Source: a bacterium (GTDB lineage: Bacteria; SAR324; NAC60-12). From it: DNA of 64,000 nucleotides. The stretch covers positions 3,296,001-3,360,000 of the forward strand of contig OZ242383.1 in NCBI GenBank assembly GCA_965209155.1, written 5' to 3'. The notes under the pieces were generated by a model. The model was not told where the DNA came from and ran no database searches. It saw only the letters and a list, made by a program, of their open reading frames with translations. The position numbers and the translations under genes were made by a program. Numbering within the stretch: position 1 is the first letter of the stretch; every line of letters starts with the position of its first letter. Shown piece after piece: positions 30,655 to 40,973 of the stretch.

Positions 30655-31749
30655 GTAACTATTTAGGTTTCTTTAGATCCCCCATCGATTTAAGCACAGG
30701 TTTTGCATGGCATAGAGTCCAGAAAGGACGTTATGCTATCAACAGTTCAAAAATATATTGATTCCCTTTCATCGATTCCCCACCTTGAGGCTCTTCAAGA
30801 AGCCTGTCAACTCTTTGAAAAAGAACGAGAGCAGTGGAAGCAAGAGCGATTAGCACTCCTCAAACGTATTGAAGCGCTCGAAGCAGTAAATAAGCAACTT
30901 CGGGATCAGCTGGCTCTCAACAGCCAAAACTCAAGTAAGCCTCCTTTATCCTGCCTCGGTTTGAAAAGACAGCCATTCATGATCACTGGGAGAGCTACCA
31001 ACATTATGAGTGTGATCATGGCTTTTGCAATGCGCATCATTTACGTGAACTTACTCGGGCCTATGAACAAGAAAAGGCCTTCTGGGCTCAGGAGATGAGC
31101 GACTTACTGGTAGAGATCAAAGATCAAGCTGAAGGATCACAGGCTTTTTGTACCATCCGAGGAGCTATTTCCACTACCAGAAAACAGGGAAAATCCATCT
31201 TCGAGATGCTCACACAGGCTTTGTCTCTCCCGGATCCAGTCCGGGACAAGCTTTTACCTGCGCCTCCTTGTTATTGAAACTCCCCTTTTTATAAACGTTT
31301 CGCCCCTTGCGGGCCAAACGTATTCCTGGCAAACATAGCATCGTCAATGCGATTTTGTAGGTCGTGAAAACGAGTTGTCAGTGGAGTATGCTCATCCATG
31401 ATTTACCTCCCTGGCAAAGCGTTTACGATCATTATCGCCATTGGAAAAAACACTGGATTGTGGAGTGAACCTTCGCTTTTTGGCTCATGATCATAAAGAA
31501 GCGGATCTCCCTGATTGATAGATTTTTAATTTTTTTACGAATCCTGCATTTTTTTTAATTTGAGGGGTTGACATTATGCAAGTAGTAGTAGTGCTATAAT
31601 CATACCATCACTAAGTTGTTTTAGTGAAAGAAGAGGGTTTCCGATCGATGGAACAATATCGTGGGAGGACTTGAAAACGATCAGTCCTCTCCGGAAATTT
31701 TTTTCAACGTTATTTGACTAAACGGGTTTTCAGAGACCTGAATAGTTAC
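30655..31749 (+). mobile_element. IS66 copy 2, two internal deletions, both ends intact
   Basis: Same ends as copy 1; transposase fragmented; no TSD. Confidence 0.9.
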
Positions 31750-31772
31750 ACCCTCAAATAAACGAGGATATT

Positions 31773-33596
31773 ATGAGTACTATAAAAAAACTTGTCGCCT
31801 CCTTCGTGGGGCTGAACCCGGCAGGCTTTTTGTCTGCTGCAAAAACGCAATCTTTGTTGCTCACCCTCACCCTGATGGTGGCCGCCTTCTGGGTCGGTTC
31901 GGCAGCCGCTGCGGAGAAGAAGTATGTGACGGATCCCACCACTGGAAAAGTAGTGACTGCACCTGAGTATGGCGGGACACTGACCGTGGCCTTAGGAAAC
32001 GAGCCTGCGGGTTCTGACGCCTGGTTCGGGCATCCAACGATGAAGTTGAACGAGCAAGTTGGCGAGATGCTAGGCAATCTTAACTGGGCAGTAGATAGGG
32101 ACGAATATGACCTTACAGCCTTTTACATACCTGACTCTGCCAGAACAGGGGGTCTGGTGGAAAGCTGGGATATTTCCCCGGACGGCCTCACCTTTACCTT
32201 CCACATCCGCCAGGGCGTTCACTGGCATGATAAGGCACCGATGAACGGTCGGGAGCTAACTGCCAAGGATATCGAATACAACTGGCACCGTTATACGGGT
32301 CTGGGCAGCGGCTACACTGAATTTAGCCCCAATATTGCCCAGTGGGGAGGAATCGACGATCTGGGAATCGAATCGATAACGGCAACCGACAAATATACGG
32401 TTGTCTTTACCATAGAGGAGCCAAACCTGCAGGCGTTTCGTGAAATCTTCTGGGGGTACCCTTTGTACATGTTACCCCCAGAGGTAATCGAGCAACACGG
32501 CGACGTTACGGACTGGAGGAACCTGGTCGGCACCGGGCCCTTTGAGCTGACAGACTGGACCAAGGGCAGCTCTCTGACCTTTACTAAGAATCCTAACTAC
32601 TGGGGCTATGACGAGAAATACCCGGAGAACCGCTTGCCCTATATTGACGAGTTAAGGGTGATGATTATGCCCGAGGAGGGAACACGTCTGGCAGCGCTAC
32701 GCACGGGTAAGGTTGATTACCTAGGTAGGATGTATTATACTCCAATAAAGAAAATCAGCATGCTAGAGAGCCTCCTGCGGACCAACCCCGAGATCCAAGT
32801 TTTTCCCTTTTACATTGAGCCGTATGGTATTGCTCAGGACGCGCAAAATCCGCCTTTTAACGACATCAGGGTACGCCACGCAATGCAGATGGCAGTGGAC
32901 GTTGAGGCAATTAGCCATACCTACTTGAAGGGTTGGGGAAAGACGACACCTGTGGGGTATATGTCGGACGCGATGGTCGGGTATGTCACCCCATTTGCAG
33001 ACTGGCCGGAAGACATCAAGCAATACTACAGGTATGACCCGGAAGGGGCGGAAGCGTTGCTTGATGAGGCTGGCTATCCGCGCGGCGCCGACGGCATTAG
33101 ATTCAAGACTGGCCTGGACTTCAGAAATATATATGATCAAGGCTATTATGAATTGGTCGTAGCATACTTTGGTGAGATTGGCGTTGAGGTAGAGCTTAAA
33201 CCAATGGATTCGGCGTCTTGGGGTGGTCGTCTACGAGAACATAAATATGAAGGTATGACCAGTGAAGCCATAGGATTTGCGACGAGCATACTCGGGCACC
33301 TAGGACAAAATATCTCGACCTCACCATGGAACCCCGCCGGTGTGCGGGAACCGGCTTATGACGCCATGTATGAAGCCGCCAAAGCCGCTACCACCCATGA
33401 GGAGCAGCAGAGGCTGGTTAGAGAGGCAAATATGTACCTAGTAGAGAACCACTGGCATCTATTTCTTGGTGGCGCGCCAAGATTTTCTGTGCTTCAGCCG
33501 TGGGTCATAGGCGGCAACGGTGAAAATATAGACACTGGGGTCGTCATTGCCCGCCTCTGGATTGACAGTGAACTGAAGGCAGCAATGGGTTATTAG
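31773..33596 (+). CDS. Family-5 ABC substrate-binding protein, module 4
   Basis: Type B leader starting 23 bp after the IS66 right end. Confidence 0.92.
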   Translation: MSTIKKLVASFVGLNPAGFLSAAKTQSLLLTLTLMVAAFWVGSAAAAEKKYVTDPTTGKVVTAPEYGGTLTVALGNEPAGSDAWFGHPTMKLNEQVGEMLGNLNWAVDRDEYDLTAFYIPDSARTGGLVESWDISPDGLTFTFHIRQGVHWHDKAPMNGRELTAKDIEYNWHRYTGLGSGYTEFSPNIAQWGGIDDLGIESITATDKYTVVFTIEEPNLQAFREIFWGYPLYMLPPEVIEQHGDVTDWRNLVGTGPFELTDWTKGSSLTFTKNPNYWGYDEKYPENRLPYIDELRVMIMPEEGTRLAALRTGKVDYLGRMYYTPIKKISMLESLLRTNPEIQVFPFYIEPYGIAQDAQNPPFNDIRVRHAMQMAVDVEAISHTYLKGWGKTTPVGYMSDAMVGYVTPFADWPEDIKQYYRYDPEGAEALLDEAGYPRGADGIRFKTGLDFRNIYDQGYYELVVAYFGEIGVEVELKPMDSASWGGRLREHKYEGMTSEAIGFATSILGHLGQNISTSPWNPAGVREPAYDAMYEAAKAATTHEEQQRLVREANMYLVENHWHLFLGGAPRFSVLQPWVIGGNGENIDTGVVIARLWIDSELKAAMGY

Positions 33597-33630
33597 GGGT
33601 TGCACCCATTGTGGCTGACCTTAGGGGAAA

Positions 33631-33666
33631 AAGGGAACTGGGAGGCTTAAGCCTCCCAGTTCCCTT
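33631..33666. terminator. Palindromic hairpin after the SBP gene (terminator or mRNA stabiliser)
   Basis: AAGGGAACTGGGAGGCTT-AAGCCTCCCAGTTCCCTT. Confidence 0.6.
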
Positions 33667-33724
33667 ACTCGTTGTCATCTGAAGGGCTCGCAATGACGGC
33701 AGAAATCGCAATGAGGAGTGTCAC

Positions 33725-34729
33725 ATGAGAGCCTATATCATCAGGCGGTTATTGCTGATAATCCCCACCCTGTTTATATTGACCATCCTGGTCTTTCTCG
33801 CGGTCCGCTTCATCCCCGGCAATATTATAGACGCAATGGTGGCTAAAATGGGAGTCTATTCAACGGGGGAGTATGACCGTGAAGCTCTTGAGCATATGCT
33901 GGGATTAGACGTGCCCGTCTACGTGCAGTATGGACGCTGGATAGGAGTGTTGCCGACCCCTGACTGGCGTACCGGTGAGTCGCACTTCACAGGTCTCCTC
34001 CAGGGCAGTCTTGGCCGCTCACTGCTTGGCGGTCGTTTGCCGGTAGAGGAGGAGATCATAGCTCGATTGCCGGTGACCATCGAGCTTGGCCTCCTGGCAA
34101 TCGTGATCGGGCTGTTGATCGCCCTGCCGGTGGGCATCTACTCGGCGATTCGCCAGGATACCGCCGCCGATTACGCGGGGCGCTCCGTGGCTATCATCGG
34201 CCTGGCTACGCCGAACTTCTGGCTGGGAACGATGGTGATGATCTACCCGGTAATCTGGTGGGGCTGGTCGCCTCCGCTGGAACTTGTTTCTTTCACAGAG
34301 GACCCGCTAGGGAATCTCTGGGGGTTCTTTATTCCTAGCCTGATCCTGGGAACGGCCTCGGCGGCTGCGACCATGCGGATGATGCGTACCATGATGCTCG
34401 AGGTGCTCCGGCAGGACTATATCCGCACCGCCTGGTCCAAGGGGCTCCGGGAGCGGGTCGTGATTATCCGACACACCATCAAAAATGCCCTCATCCCGGT
34501 TATCACCCTGATCGGCCTGCAGTTGCCGATCCTGGTGGGAGGCGCGGTGATCATGGAGAACATCTTCAACCTGCCGGGGCTCGGGCAACTGTTGGTGAAT
34601 GCCCTCAATGACCGAGACTACCCGATGGTCTCCGGAGTCAACCTCTTTTTCGCCACCGGGGTGGTGCTGATCAATCTCCTCATCGACCTGATTTATCCCT
34701 ATCTGGACCCGAGGGTGCGGTATGAGTGA
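33725..34729 (+). CDS. ABC permease B, module 4
   Basis: EAA loop, LDPRVRYE. Confidence 0.93.
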   Translation: MRAYIIRRLLLIIPTLFILTILVFLAVRFIPGNIIDAMVAKMGVYSTGEYDREALEHMLGLDVPVYVQYGRWIGVLPTPDWRTGESHFTGLLQGSLGRSLLGGRLPVEEEIIARLPVTIELGLLAIVIGLLIALPVGIYSAIRQDTAADYAGRSVAIIGLATPNFWLGTMVMIYPVIWWGWSPPLELVSFTEDPLGNLWGFFIPSLILGTASAAATMRMMRTMMLEVLRQDYIRTAWSKGLRERVVIIRHTIKNALIPVITLIGLQLPILVGGAVIMENIFNLPGLGQLLVNALNDRDYPMVSGVNLFFATGVVLINLLIDLIYPYLDPRVRYE

Positions 34730-35681
34730 GAAATCCTTCCCCATCCGTGAGCCCAAGCGACGGAACCGGTTTGCGGATTTCTTCATCAGGCTGTGGAAGG
34801 AGAAGCCGCTGGGTACTTTCTGCGGGATGATCGTCTTGCTTTTTATGGGGGTGGCGCTCTTTGCCGATGTTTTGGCTCCTTATGATTATATGGAAGTACA
34901 CATGTCCGACATGCTGCAGGGCCCGTCAGCCCAGTATTTGCTGGGGACCGACCATATAGGGCGAGATTTGTTGAGCCGTCTGATCTACGGGGCTCGTCTT
35001 TCCTTAATTGTCGGTCTGGCCGCCACCACGCTCAATGTGGTCGTCGCTGTCCTGATCGGCGGGATTTCCGGATTCTTTGGCGGCAAACTGGACCTGGCAG
35101 TGCAGCGCTTTGTCGACGCCTGGATGGCGTTCCCGGGGCTGCTGCTCTTGTTAACCATCATGTCCATTGTCGGGCGGGGGATGCCACAGATCATTGTGGT
35201 CCTGGGGATCACCGGAGGCATTGTCGGCTCAAGAACAGTCAGAGGTGCTGTGATTGGTATTAAAGAGAATGATTACTTTCTGGCAGCCAGGGCCGTGGGC
35301 ATCCCAACGCGCCAAATCCTGATCCGCCATGTCCTGCCCAATATCATGGCGCCCCTCATCATCATCTTCAGCATCAACATCGGCGGGGTCATCATTGCCG
35401 AAGCTTCACTGAGCTTTCTCGGATTCGGACTGCCCCCCAAGGTTCCAAGCTGGGGGGCTATGCTCAGCCAGGAGGGACGTCAATACATGGAGAGTGCCCC
35501 ATGGCTGGCGCTCTGGCCGGGGCTGTGCCTGACGCTGGTCGTTTTCAGTCTCAATATGTTCGGCGACGCCCTCAGGGACATGCTCGATCCGAGGCTGCGG
35601 GGAGGTGAGGGTAGCTACGGCACCGCGATGTTGAAACGCAAACGAGGATTCCTCGCCAGACTGCTCAATCCTTTCTCTTAG
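34722..35681 (+). CDS. ABC permease C, module 4
   Basis: LGTDHIGRD, GDALRDMLDPR. Confidence 0.93.
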   Translation: MSEKSFPIREPKRRNRFADFFIRLWKEKPLGTFCGMIVLLFMGVALFADVLAPYDYMEVHMSDMLQGPSAQYLLGTDHIGRDLLSRLIYGARLSLIVGLAATTLNVVVAVLIGGISGFFGGKLDLAVQRFVDAWMAFPGLLLLLTIMSIVGRGMPQIIVVLGITGGIVGSRTVRGAVIGIKENDYFLAARAVGIPTRQILIRHVLPNIMAPLIIIFSINIGGVIIAEASLSFLGFGLPPKVPSWGAMLSQEGRQYMESAPWLALWPGLCLTLVVFSLNMFGDALRDMLDPRLRGGEGSYGTAMLKRKRGFLARLLNPFS

Positions 35682-36169
35682 GAGGCTCTCCCTCATCTAT
35701 GAGGCCGCCAAAGCCAATAACCAAGGATTACTGGGGGCTTTATTCCAACGCTGCCCAAAAGGGAGATTACGTCAAATGGATAGAATTCCTGGGACTAGAG
35801 GTGTGGGAAAGCAAGAAAGAACTCCAGGATTGGCAGAGTGTTCCGGAGCGGTGTTTCCCTGAAGATTCCACGCAGTCCTGGTTCTGTCCGGTTTGCGGCA
35901 AGCGATTGAACGCCAAAGCCTTCAATATCCTCTCTCTATAACAATATTTAGAGGAGGTCAATCGATTTTTATTGTTCCTCTTAACTCCTCAGGGGCGAGT
36001 GCTTGTCTCATCCTGGAGTTGATCCTCGCTGTTTTCTGTGTCAGTTCTTGAAAATACAGGGCAATCCTGCCCTTCCAGGAGCGAAAAGCAGGGGATGCAG
36101 AGCAAATCATGTCAAGAAGTGATGCGCACTCAAAATAAGCGGCTTTCGCAAAAAGTTGCTTGAGCTTGC

Positions 36170-36532
36170 TTAGGAGCGATTGAGTTGAGATTGAAGCTGT
36201 TGAAGCAGGCTTTGTAACTCTTCTTTCCTTTTTCGAATCAACTCTTCTTCAGGAGTCCTCTCTTGTTTGAGAAGGTTTTGAGTCATGTGGATTTGACCGA
36301 TCAGTATCCCTTCTTCTCGACCTTTTTCCAGACCTTCTTCTCGGCCTTCTTCCAAACCTTGTGATTTTCCGATTTGGATCAGTTCTTTTCCGGCGACGGT
36401 TTCGTCTAATGGGGTCAGTTTGAGCATCTTCTCTATCTCCTCTCTCGTCAGTTTAGAAAACTTCTCTACAATAGCATAGGTTAACAATTCTCTCAAATGA
36501 AAAAATTCGTAAAACAATTCATCGGTTCTCAA
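36170..36532 (-). pseudogene. Rpn paralog with in-frame deletion of the nuclease domain
   Basis: RTDELFYEFFH joined to LRELLTYAIVEK; otherwise near-identical to 7722-8579. Confidence 0.88.
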
Positions 36533-36703
36533 ATAATTGCTCCGTTTGACGAGGTTTGACATGAATGATTTCCCATTTCTTATCAATCTGCCGAAATAAC
36601 CTCAATGTCTAAAATAGATTCTCTGGGCTTGATTCTTCCAAATTGTTCAAACTTGACGAAGAAGAAAAAACAGCGATTCTCAGGAAGGAAAAAAGGATGG
36701 GCT

Positions 36704-37099
36704 GTGCGCCAGGAAGGCTGGCAAGAAATAGGGAGTGAAAGTCTCTCACTCGGTAAGGCAGTAACGACCCGCCGAGGCCCCGAGTCATGGGTGGGTATCC
36801 GTGAGGATAGGCGCTAAGCGTTGACAGGGGAGCACATAGGCTCGGTTATTGAGCTCCGAAATCAAAGTTTCAGGTGCCGACCCTGTAGCCTGGTGGGGAA
36901 GGCCATATCAACCGAAGACGTTAGCGTGAGTCCCGGTTGGGCTTGACGGAGTCGAAGACCCGGAGCATGTGTGGAAGTTTCTTGATCGGAACCTGGGAAA
37001 TCCTGAAGATGACTGTCAATGTTCCCTTGGCAGTCGGGCCGGGAAAATTAATAAATAACCCCAGCATCCACGTTTTCAGGAGTCGGACAAGTTCATAGT
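36704..37099 (+). mobile_element. Group II intron 5' part (outer intron, about DI to DIII start)
   Basis: GTGCG start, GTGAAAGTC, AAGCGTTGACAGGGG, ATTGAGCTCCGAAAT, GGAACCTGGGA, GAGTCGGACAAGTTCATAGT. Confidence 0.75.
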
Positions 37100-39110
37100 G
37101 TGCGCTGGGCAGCGCATGATTCAGGTGGGTTCAAGTCCCACTCAGCCTGAGATCCCAGGCTGATATCCAAAAGCGGGGGTAATGCCTCGCTGGCCGGAAT
37201 GTTTACCAGGGCGCCATCCCGGGCGCTTTAAGCACAATGGGAGGTCGAAAGGGCCAAATGCACCGAAGTAAACTTCCGGAGGACAGGGTGTCCACCGTGA
37301 GGTGGAATCTGAAGGGTTTGCGGAGAATCACCGGGTCGTAGTCAAGGAGGCTACTCCAGAGACGAACCGGTCGGCCAACAGCAGGGAATGGTTGAGCTTG
37401 CACTATGGTGGCGAAAGCAATTGGATTCCCCCCTGCAATACCAAGGTGTGTGCGGACGACACGGTGAGGAAGAATCATGGGTGACCCCAGGAGGACTCAG
37501 GACGTTCTCAGGTGGCACTAAGATAAGGGACCCTATAAGCGAAAGCGAAGTGGGAACCGAAGCGTTTTGAGTAGTCGGACCATCGAATAGTACCTGAAGC
37601 GTAGTGAGAGCCACGTGACCGAGGGATCGGCAGCCGAGTGAGCTGGGGAAGGCGATGGGCAGAGAAGGTTGGAATGGGAAAGGAAGTCAGATGAGTAAGG
37701 ACGGTGAGGTGGAAAGTTCGGTAAGTGAAAGACCCAGAACTCATGGGCCGAGGAGACTGGCAGACTGGATCAATCCAACGGGAGCGAAGAAGGTTCACTC
37801 CTTAGTGGACAAGATTTACAAGATGAAAAATCTGGAGTTAGCCTGGCAGAAGGTCAAGCAGAACAGAGGGGCAGGAGGCATCGATGGGGAGAGCCTGGAG
37901 GATTTTGAAAATCATCTCCAAGAGAATCTTCAAAGCCTGCATGAGCAACTCAAAGGCGATACCTATCAGCCTCTTCCTGTTCGTCAGAAGCGGATCCCCA
38001 AGTCAGGGCAACCGGGAAAATATCGTCTGCTTGGCATCCCGGCCATTCGTGATCGGGTGTGCCAACAGGCCATTCTCAACCGGTTGGAGCCGATCTTCGA
38101 GCCGGTATTCGATGATGCCAGCTTCGGCTACCGCAAAAGAAGATCGACGAAAGAAGCTCTGGGGAAAGTATGGAAGGAAATACAGGCAGGGGATGAGTGG
38201 ATCGTTGACGCAGATCTGAGAAATTTCTTTGGATCGGTCGATCAGGAAAAGCTTTTGACCCTGATGAACCAACGGGTCTCGGATGGCCGTGTCTTAGGTA
38301 TTCTTAGAAAAATGCTTAAGGCCGGTTGTTGGAGCGAAGGGAAGCTCTTTCCTACCGAAGCCGGGACGCCACAGGGCTCGGTGATTTCCCCCTTAATGAG
38401 TAATGTGCTCTTAACCCCCTTCGACCAGGAAATGCGTCGTAAAGGATACCAACTGACGAGATATGCGGATGATTGGGTCGTGACCTGTCAAAGTCGGTCG
38501 GAAGCCCAATCCGCCCTTCAAACGGCGAGACGTATTCTGCATCAGCTGGGGGTGGTGCTCCACACGGAGAAGACCCGAATCGTCCATGTAGGACACGGTT
38601 TTGAATTTTTGGGCTTTAAGATTAAGCGGGGCAGTAAACCGCTCAAGCTTCCTGCCGAAAAGATTCGCAGTGGAGCCAAGCCGGGGAGACTTTATGCCTA
38701 TCCCCGCGACAAATCCATCCAGCATTTTAAAGAGCAGATTCGAAAACGCACCCGACGGAAGGCGCCTTTGACGACCCAACAATTGGTAGAAGAGTTGAAC
38801 CCGGTAATCCGGGGATGGGGCAACCACTATAGGAAAGCCCATGTCCGGTTACTATTCAATCGGCTGAACCGCTGGATCGTGCGACGCATTTGGTCGCATC
38901 GATACAAAAGGTGGAGAAATGCAGGCTGGAAAGCTCTCCCTAGTACGAAGTTATATGGGGAGTATCGGTTAGTAAATCTGATTTCACTAATTCCTTCGAT
39001 TAGTCCCTACGGCAAACGGACTTCTCTGTGAAAGCCGGATGCGGGAAAACTGCACGTCCGGTTTGGGCGGCGGACGGAGGCTAGCGGAAACGCGCCTCCT
39101 CCGACCCGAC
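37100..39110 (+). mobile_element. Full-length group II intron (inner)
   Basis: GTGCG 5' end, RT ORF, DV AAGCCGGATGCGGGAAAACTGCACGTCCGGTTT, DVI ending CCGACCCGAC. Confidence 0.9.
37655..39031 (+). CDS. ltrA: Group II intron reverse transcriptase/maturase (no En domain seen)
   Basis: GAGGIDG, LGIPAIRDR, GTPQGSVISP, RYADD, FLGF, LNPVIRGWGNHY. Confidence 0.95.
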   Translation: MGREGWNGKGSQMSKDGEVESSVSERPRTHGPRRLADWINPTGAKKVHSLVDKIYKMKNLELAWQKVKQNRGAGGIDGESLEDFENHLQENLQSLHEQLKGDTYQPLPVRQKRIPKSGQPGKYRLLGIPAIRDRVCQQAILNRLEPIFEPVFDDASFGYRKRRSTKEALGKVWKEIQAGDEWIVDADLRNFFGSVDQEKLLTLMNQRVSDGRVLGILRKMLKAGCWSEGKLFPTEAGTPQGSVISPLMSNVLLTPFDQEMRRKGYQLTRYADDWVVTCQSRSEAQSALQTARRILHQLGVVLHTEKTRIVHVGHGFEFLGFKIKRGSKPLKLPAEKIRSGAKPGRLYAYPRDKSIQHFKEQIRKRTRRKAPLTTQQLVEELNPVIRGWGNHYRKAHVRLLFNRLNRWIVRRIWSHRYKRWRNAGWKALPSTKLYGEYRLVNLISLIPSISPYGKRTSL

Positions 39111-39111
39111 A

Positions 39112-39297
39112 GGCAAGAAATATATGTTGAAAAATCCCTGGCTGGCATTCTGGCCCGGCATCTCCCTGGCCATCGTCGTCTTCGGGATCAAGATGTTCGG
39201 CGACGCCCTGCGTGATCTGCTCGACCCTCGGCTGCGAGGCGGCATGGGCCGCTTTGTGATGGCCAAAAAGAAAAATAAAATAAGAGGTTATTCTTAA
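39112..39297 (+). pseudogene. ABC permease C 3' fragment forming the intron's 3' flank
   Basis: GKKYMLKNPWLAFWPG...MFGDALRDLLDPRLRGG. Confidence 0.85.
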
Positions 39298-39324
39298 AAA
39301 ACCAATCCATTTTGAAAAGTAAAA

Positions 39325-39453
39325 GAGGAAGGAGAATCAGAGAGGGCTCTGCAAGATAAGGTAGAAGCCTTGCGGAGAGAGGAAGAGGCGGAAGCTAAAG
39401 AAAAACATCTTAGAGAAATCTTGAAAAAAACTGGAATAGATCCCGATGAGTAA
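39325..39453 (+). pseudogene. Rpn C-terminal remnant
   Basis: EEAEAKEKHLREILKKTGIDPDE* matches the end of 260-1045. Confidence 0.75.
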
Positions 39454-39584
39454 ACTCATTTTCCCCAGTTTCTCAATCCCATACACTTGAGTCTGATCAA
39501 TTGCTCTCCGTCAAACCCGCTCCTCAAGATACCTTTGAATTAAGGAATGAAATTTAAATAAGTTAAGTATGGATACGCAAAATC

Positions 39585-40973
39585 GAGATATAGTCGAAAG
39601 TTGGGGATGGACTAAATTTGAAGGTGGCGTATCCTATTGATGGGAATTTAAAATAAATAGAATTACATCAAAGAAAGGATACGCCGATGAGCAACTATAA
39701 CGTGATTGATCTGGAGAAGCCAGAGCAAATTATTGAAGATCATTTGAGTGAACTTTTGAGAGTGAAAGCCAGGAAGATACTTTCTGAAGCGTTGGAATTG
39801 GAGATGGAAATATTCATGAAGGAATATCAGTCCTATCGACTCTCGGATGGACGTCAGCGAGTGGTTCGTCATGGTTATCATCAAGATCGGGAGATTCAGA
39901 CGGGAATTGGTTCTATATCCGTGAAAGTTCCGCGGAGTAAAGATCGTCAAAGCACCTCATCAGAGGAAAGGATTCGATTTTCTTCCAAGTTGATCCCCCC
40001 TTATCTGAGGAAAAGTAAAAGTATTGAAGCCCTGATTCCCTGGCTGTATCTGAAAGGGATTTCCACTGGTGGCTTTCAGGAGGCGCTCGCAGCGATTTTA
40101 GGTAAAAGAGCGGCGGGCTTGTCTTCAGCGACAGTGAGCCGTCTTAAATCAAGCTGGTATGAGGATTGGAAAGCCTGGAAACAACGGGATCTCTCCCAGA
40201 GTCATTATGTTTATCTCTGGGTCGATGGCGTGTATTGCAATGTGAGAATGGATAAAGATAAACAATGCCTCTTGGTGATTGTGGGGGCAACAGAAAATGG
40301 AGATAAAGAGCTCGTTGCCTTGGAAGATGGCTACCGGGAAAGTGAGCAATCCTGGAGGGAACTGCTGATGGATCTGAAGCACCGGGGATTGACTGAGGCC
40401 CCTAAAATCGCTGTGGGAGACGGAGCGATGGGATTTTGGAAAGCTTTGAAAAAAGTCTATCCTCAGAGCAAAGAGCAGCGTTGTTGGATGCACAAAACGG
40501 GAAACATTCTCAACTATTTACCAAAAAGGGAGCATCATAAAGCCAAGGATCGTCTCCATCAAATTTGGATGGCCAGCAGCAAAGAGGAAGCTTTCAAAGC
40601 CTTAAAGCATTTTGTTGACATGTATGAGGCGAAATATCCTAAAGCCACTCACTGCTTGATTAAAGATCAGGAGACCTTGATGGCCTTCTATGATTTCCCG
40701 GCAGAGCATTGGAGGCATTTGAGAACGAGCAATCCCATTGAATCCACCTTCGCTACTGTCAAACTGAGAACTGCCAAAGTCAGAGGTTGTTTCTCAAGAA
40801 ATACCGTCTTGACGATGGCATTCAAATTAATGGAATCCGCTCAGAAAAATTGGATCCGATTACACGGATTTAAACGATTAGCCGAAGTGATAGAGGGAGT
40901 ACAATTTGTCGATGGAATTCCTCAATACAGGATCGCCGCCTGAATTGCCATCCCCAGAATTTGACTATAACTC
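39585..40973 (+). mobile_element. IS256-family element
   Basis: GAGATATAGTCGAAAGTTGGGGATGG / CCATCCCCAGAATTTGACTATAACTC ends, 9-bp TSD CGCAAAATC. Confidence 0.93.
39687..40943 (+). CDS. IS256 transposase
   Basis: YLKGIST, YLWVDGVY, VGDG, QRCWMHK, RTSNPIES. Confidence 0.95.
   Translation: MSNYNVIDLEKPEQIIEDHLSELLRVKARKILSEALELEMEIFMKEYQSYRLSDGRQRVVRHGYHQDREIQTGIGSISVKVPRSKDRQSTSSEERIRFSSKLIPPYLRKSKSIEALIPWLYLKGISTGGFQEALAAILGKRAAGLSSATVSRLKSSWYEDWKAWKQRDLSQSHYVYLWVDGVYCNVRMDKDKQCLLVIVGATENGDKELVALEDGYRESEQSWRELLMDLKHRGLTEAPKIAVGDGAMGFWKALKKVYPQSKEQRCWMHKTGNILNYLPKREHHKAKDRLHQIWMASSKEEAFKALKHFVDMYEAKYPKATHCLIKDQETLMAFYDFPAEHWRHLRTSNPIESTFATVKLRTAKVRGCFSRNTVLTMAFKLMESAQKNWIRLHGFKRLAEVIEGVQFVDGIPQYRIAA

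Noticed and set aside
36720..36730. 11-bp GGCAAGAAATA shared with 39112-39122 as a target duplication
   Set aside because: The first copy is inside the outer intron, group II introns make no TSD, and the second copy is explained by permease codons
37655..39031. Diversity-generating retroelement or retron RT diversifying the SBPs
   Set aside because: The RT lies inside a complete group II intron with DV/DVI and has YADD; no template/variable repeat pair with adenine-specific differences was seen
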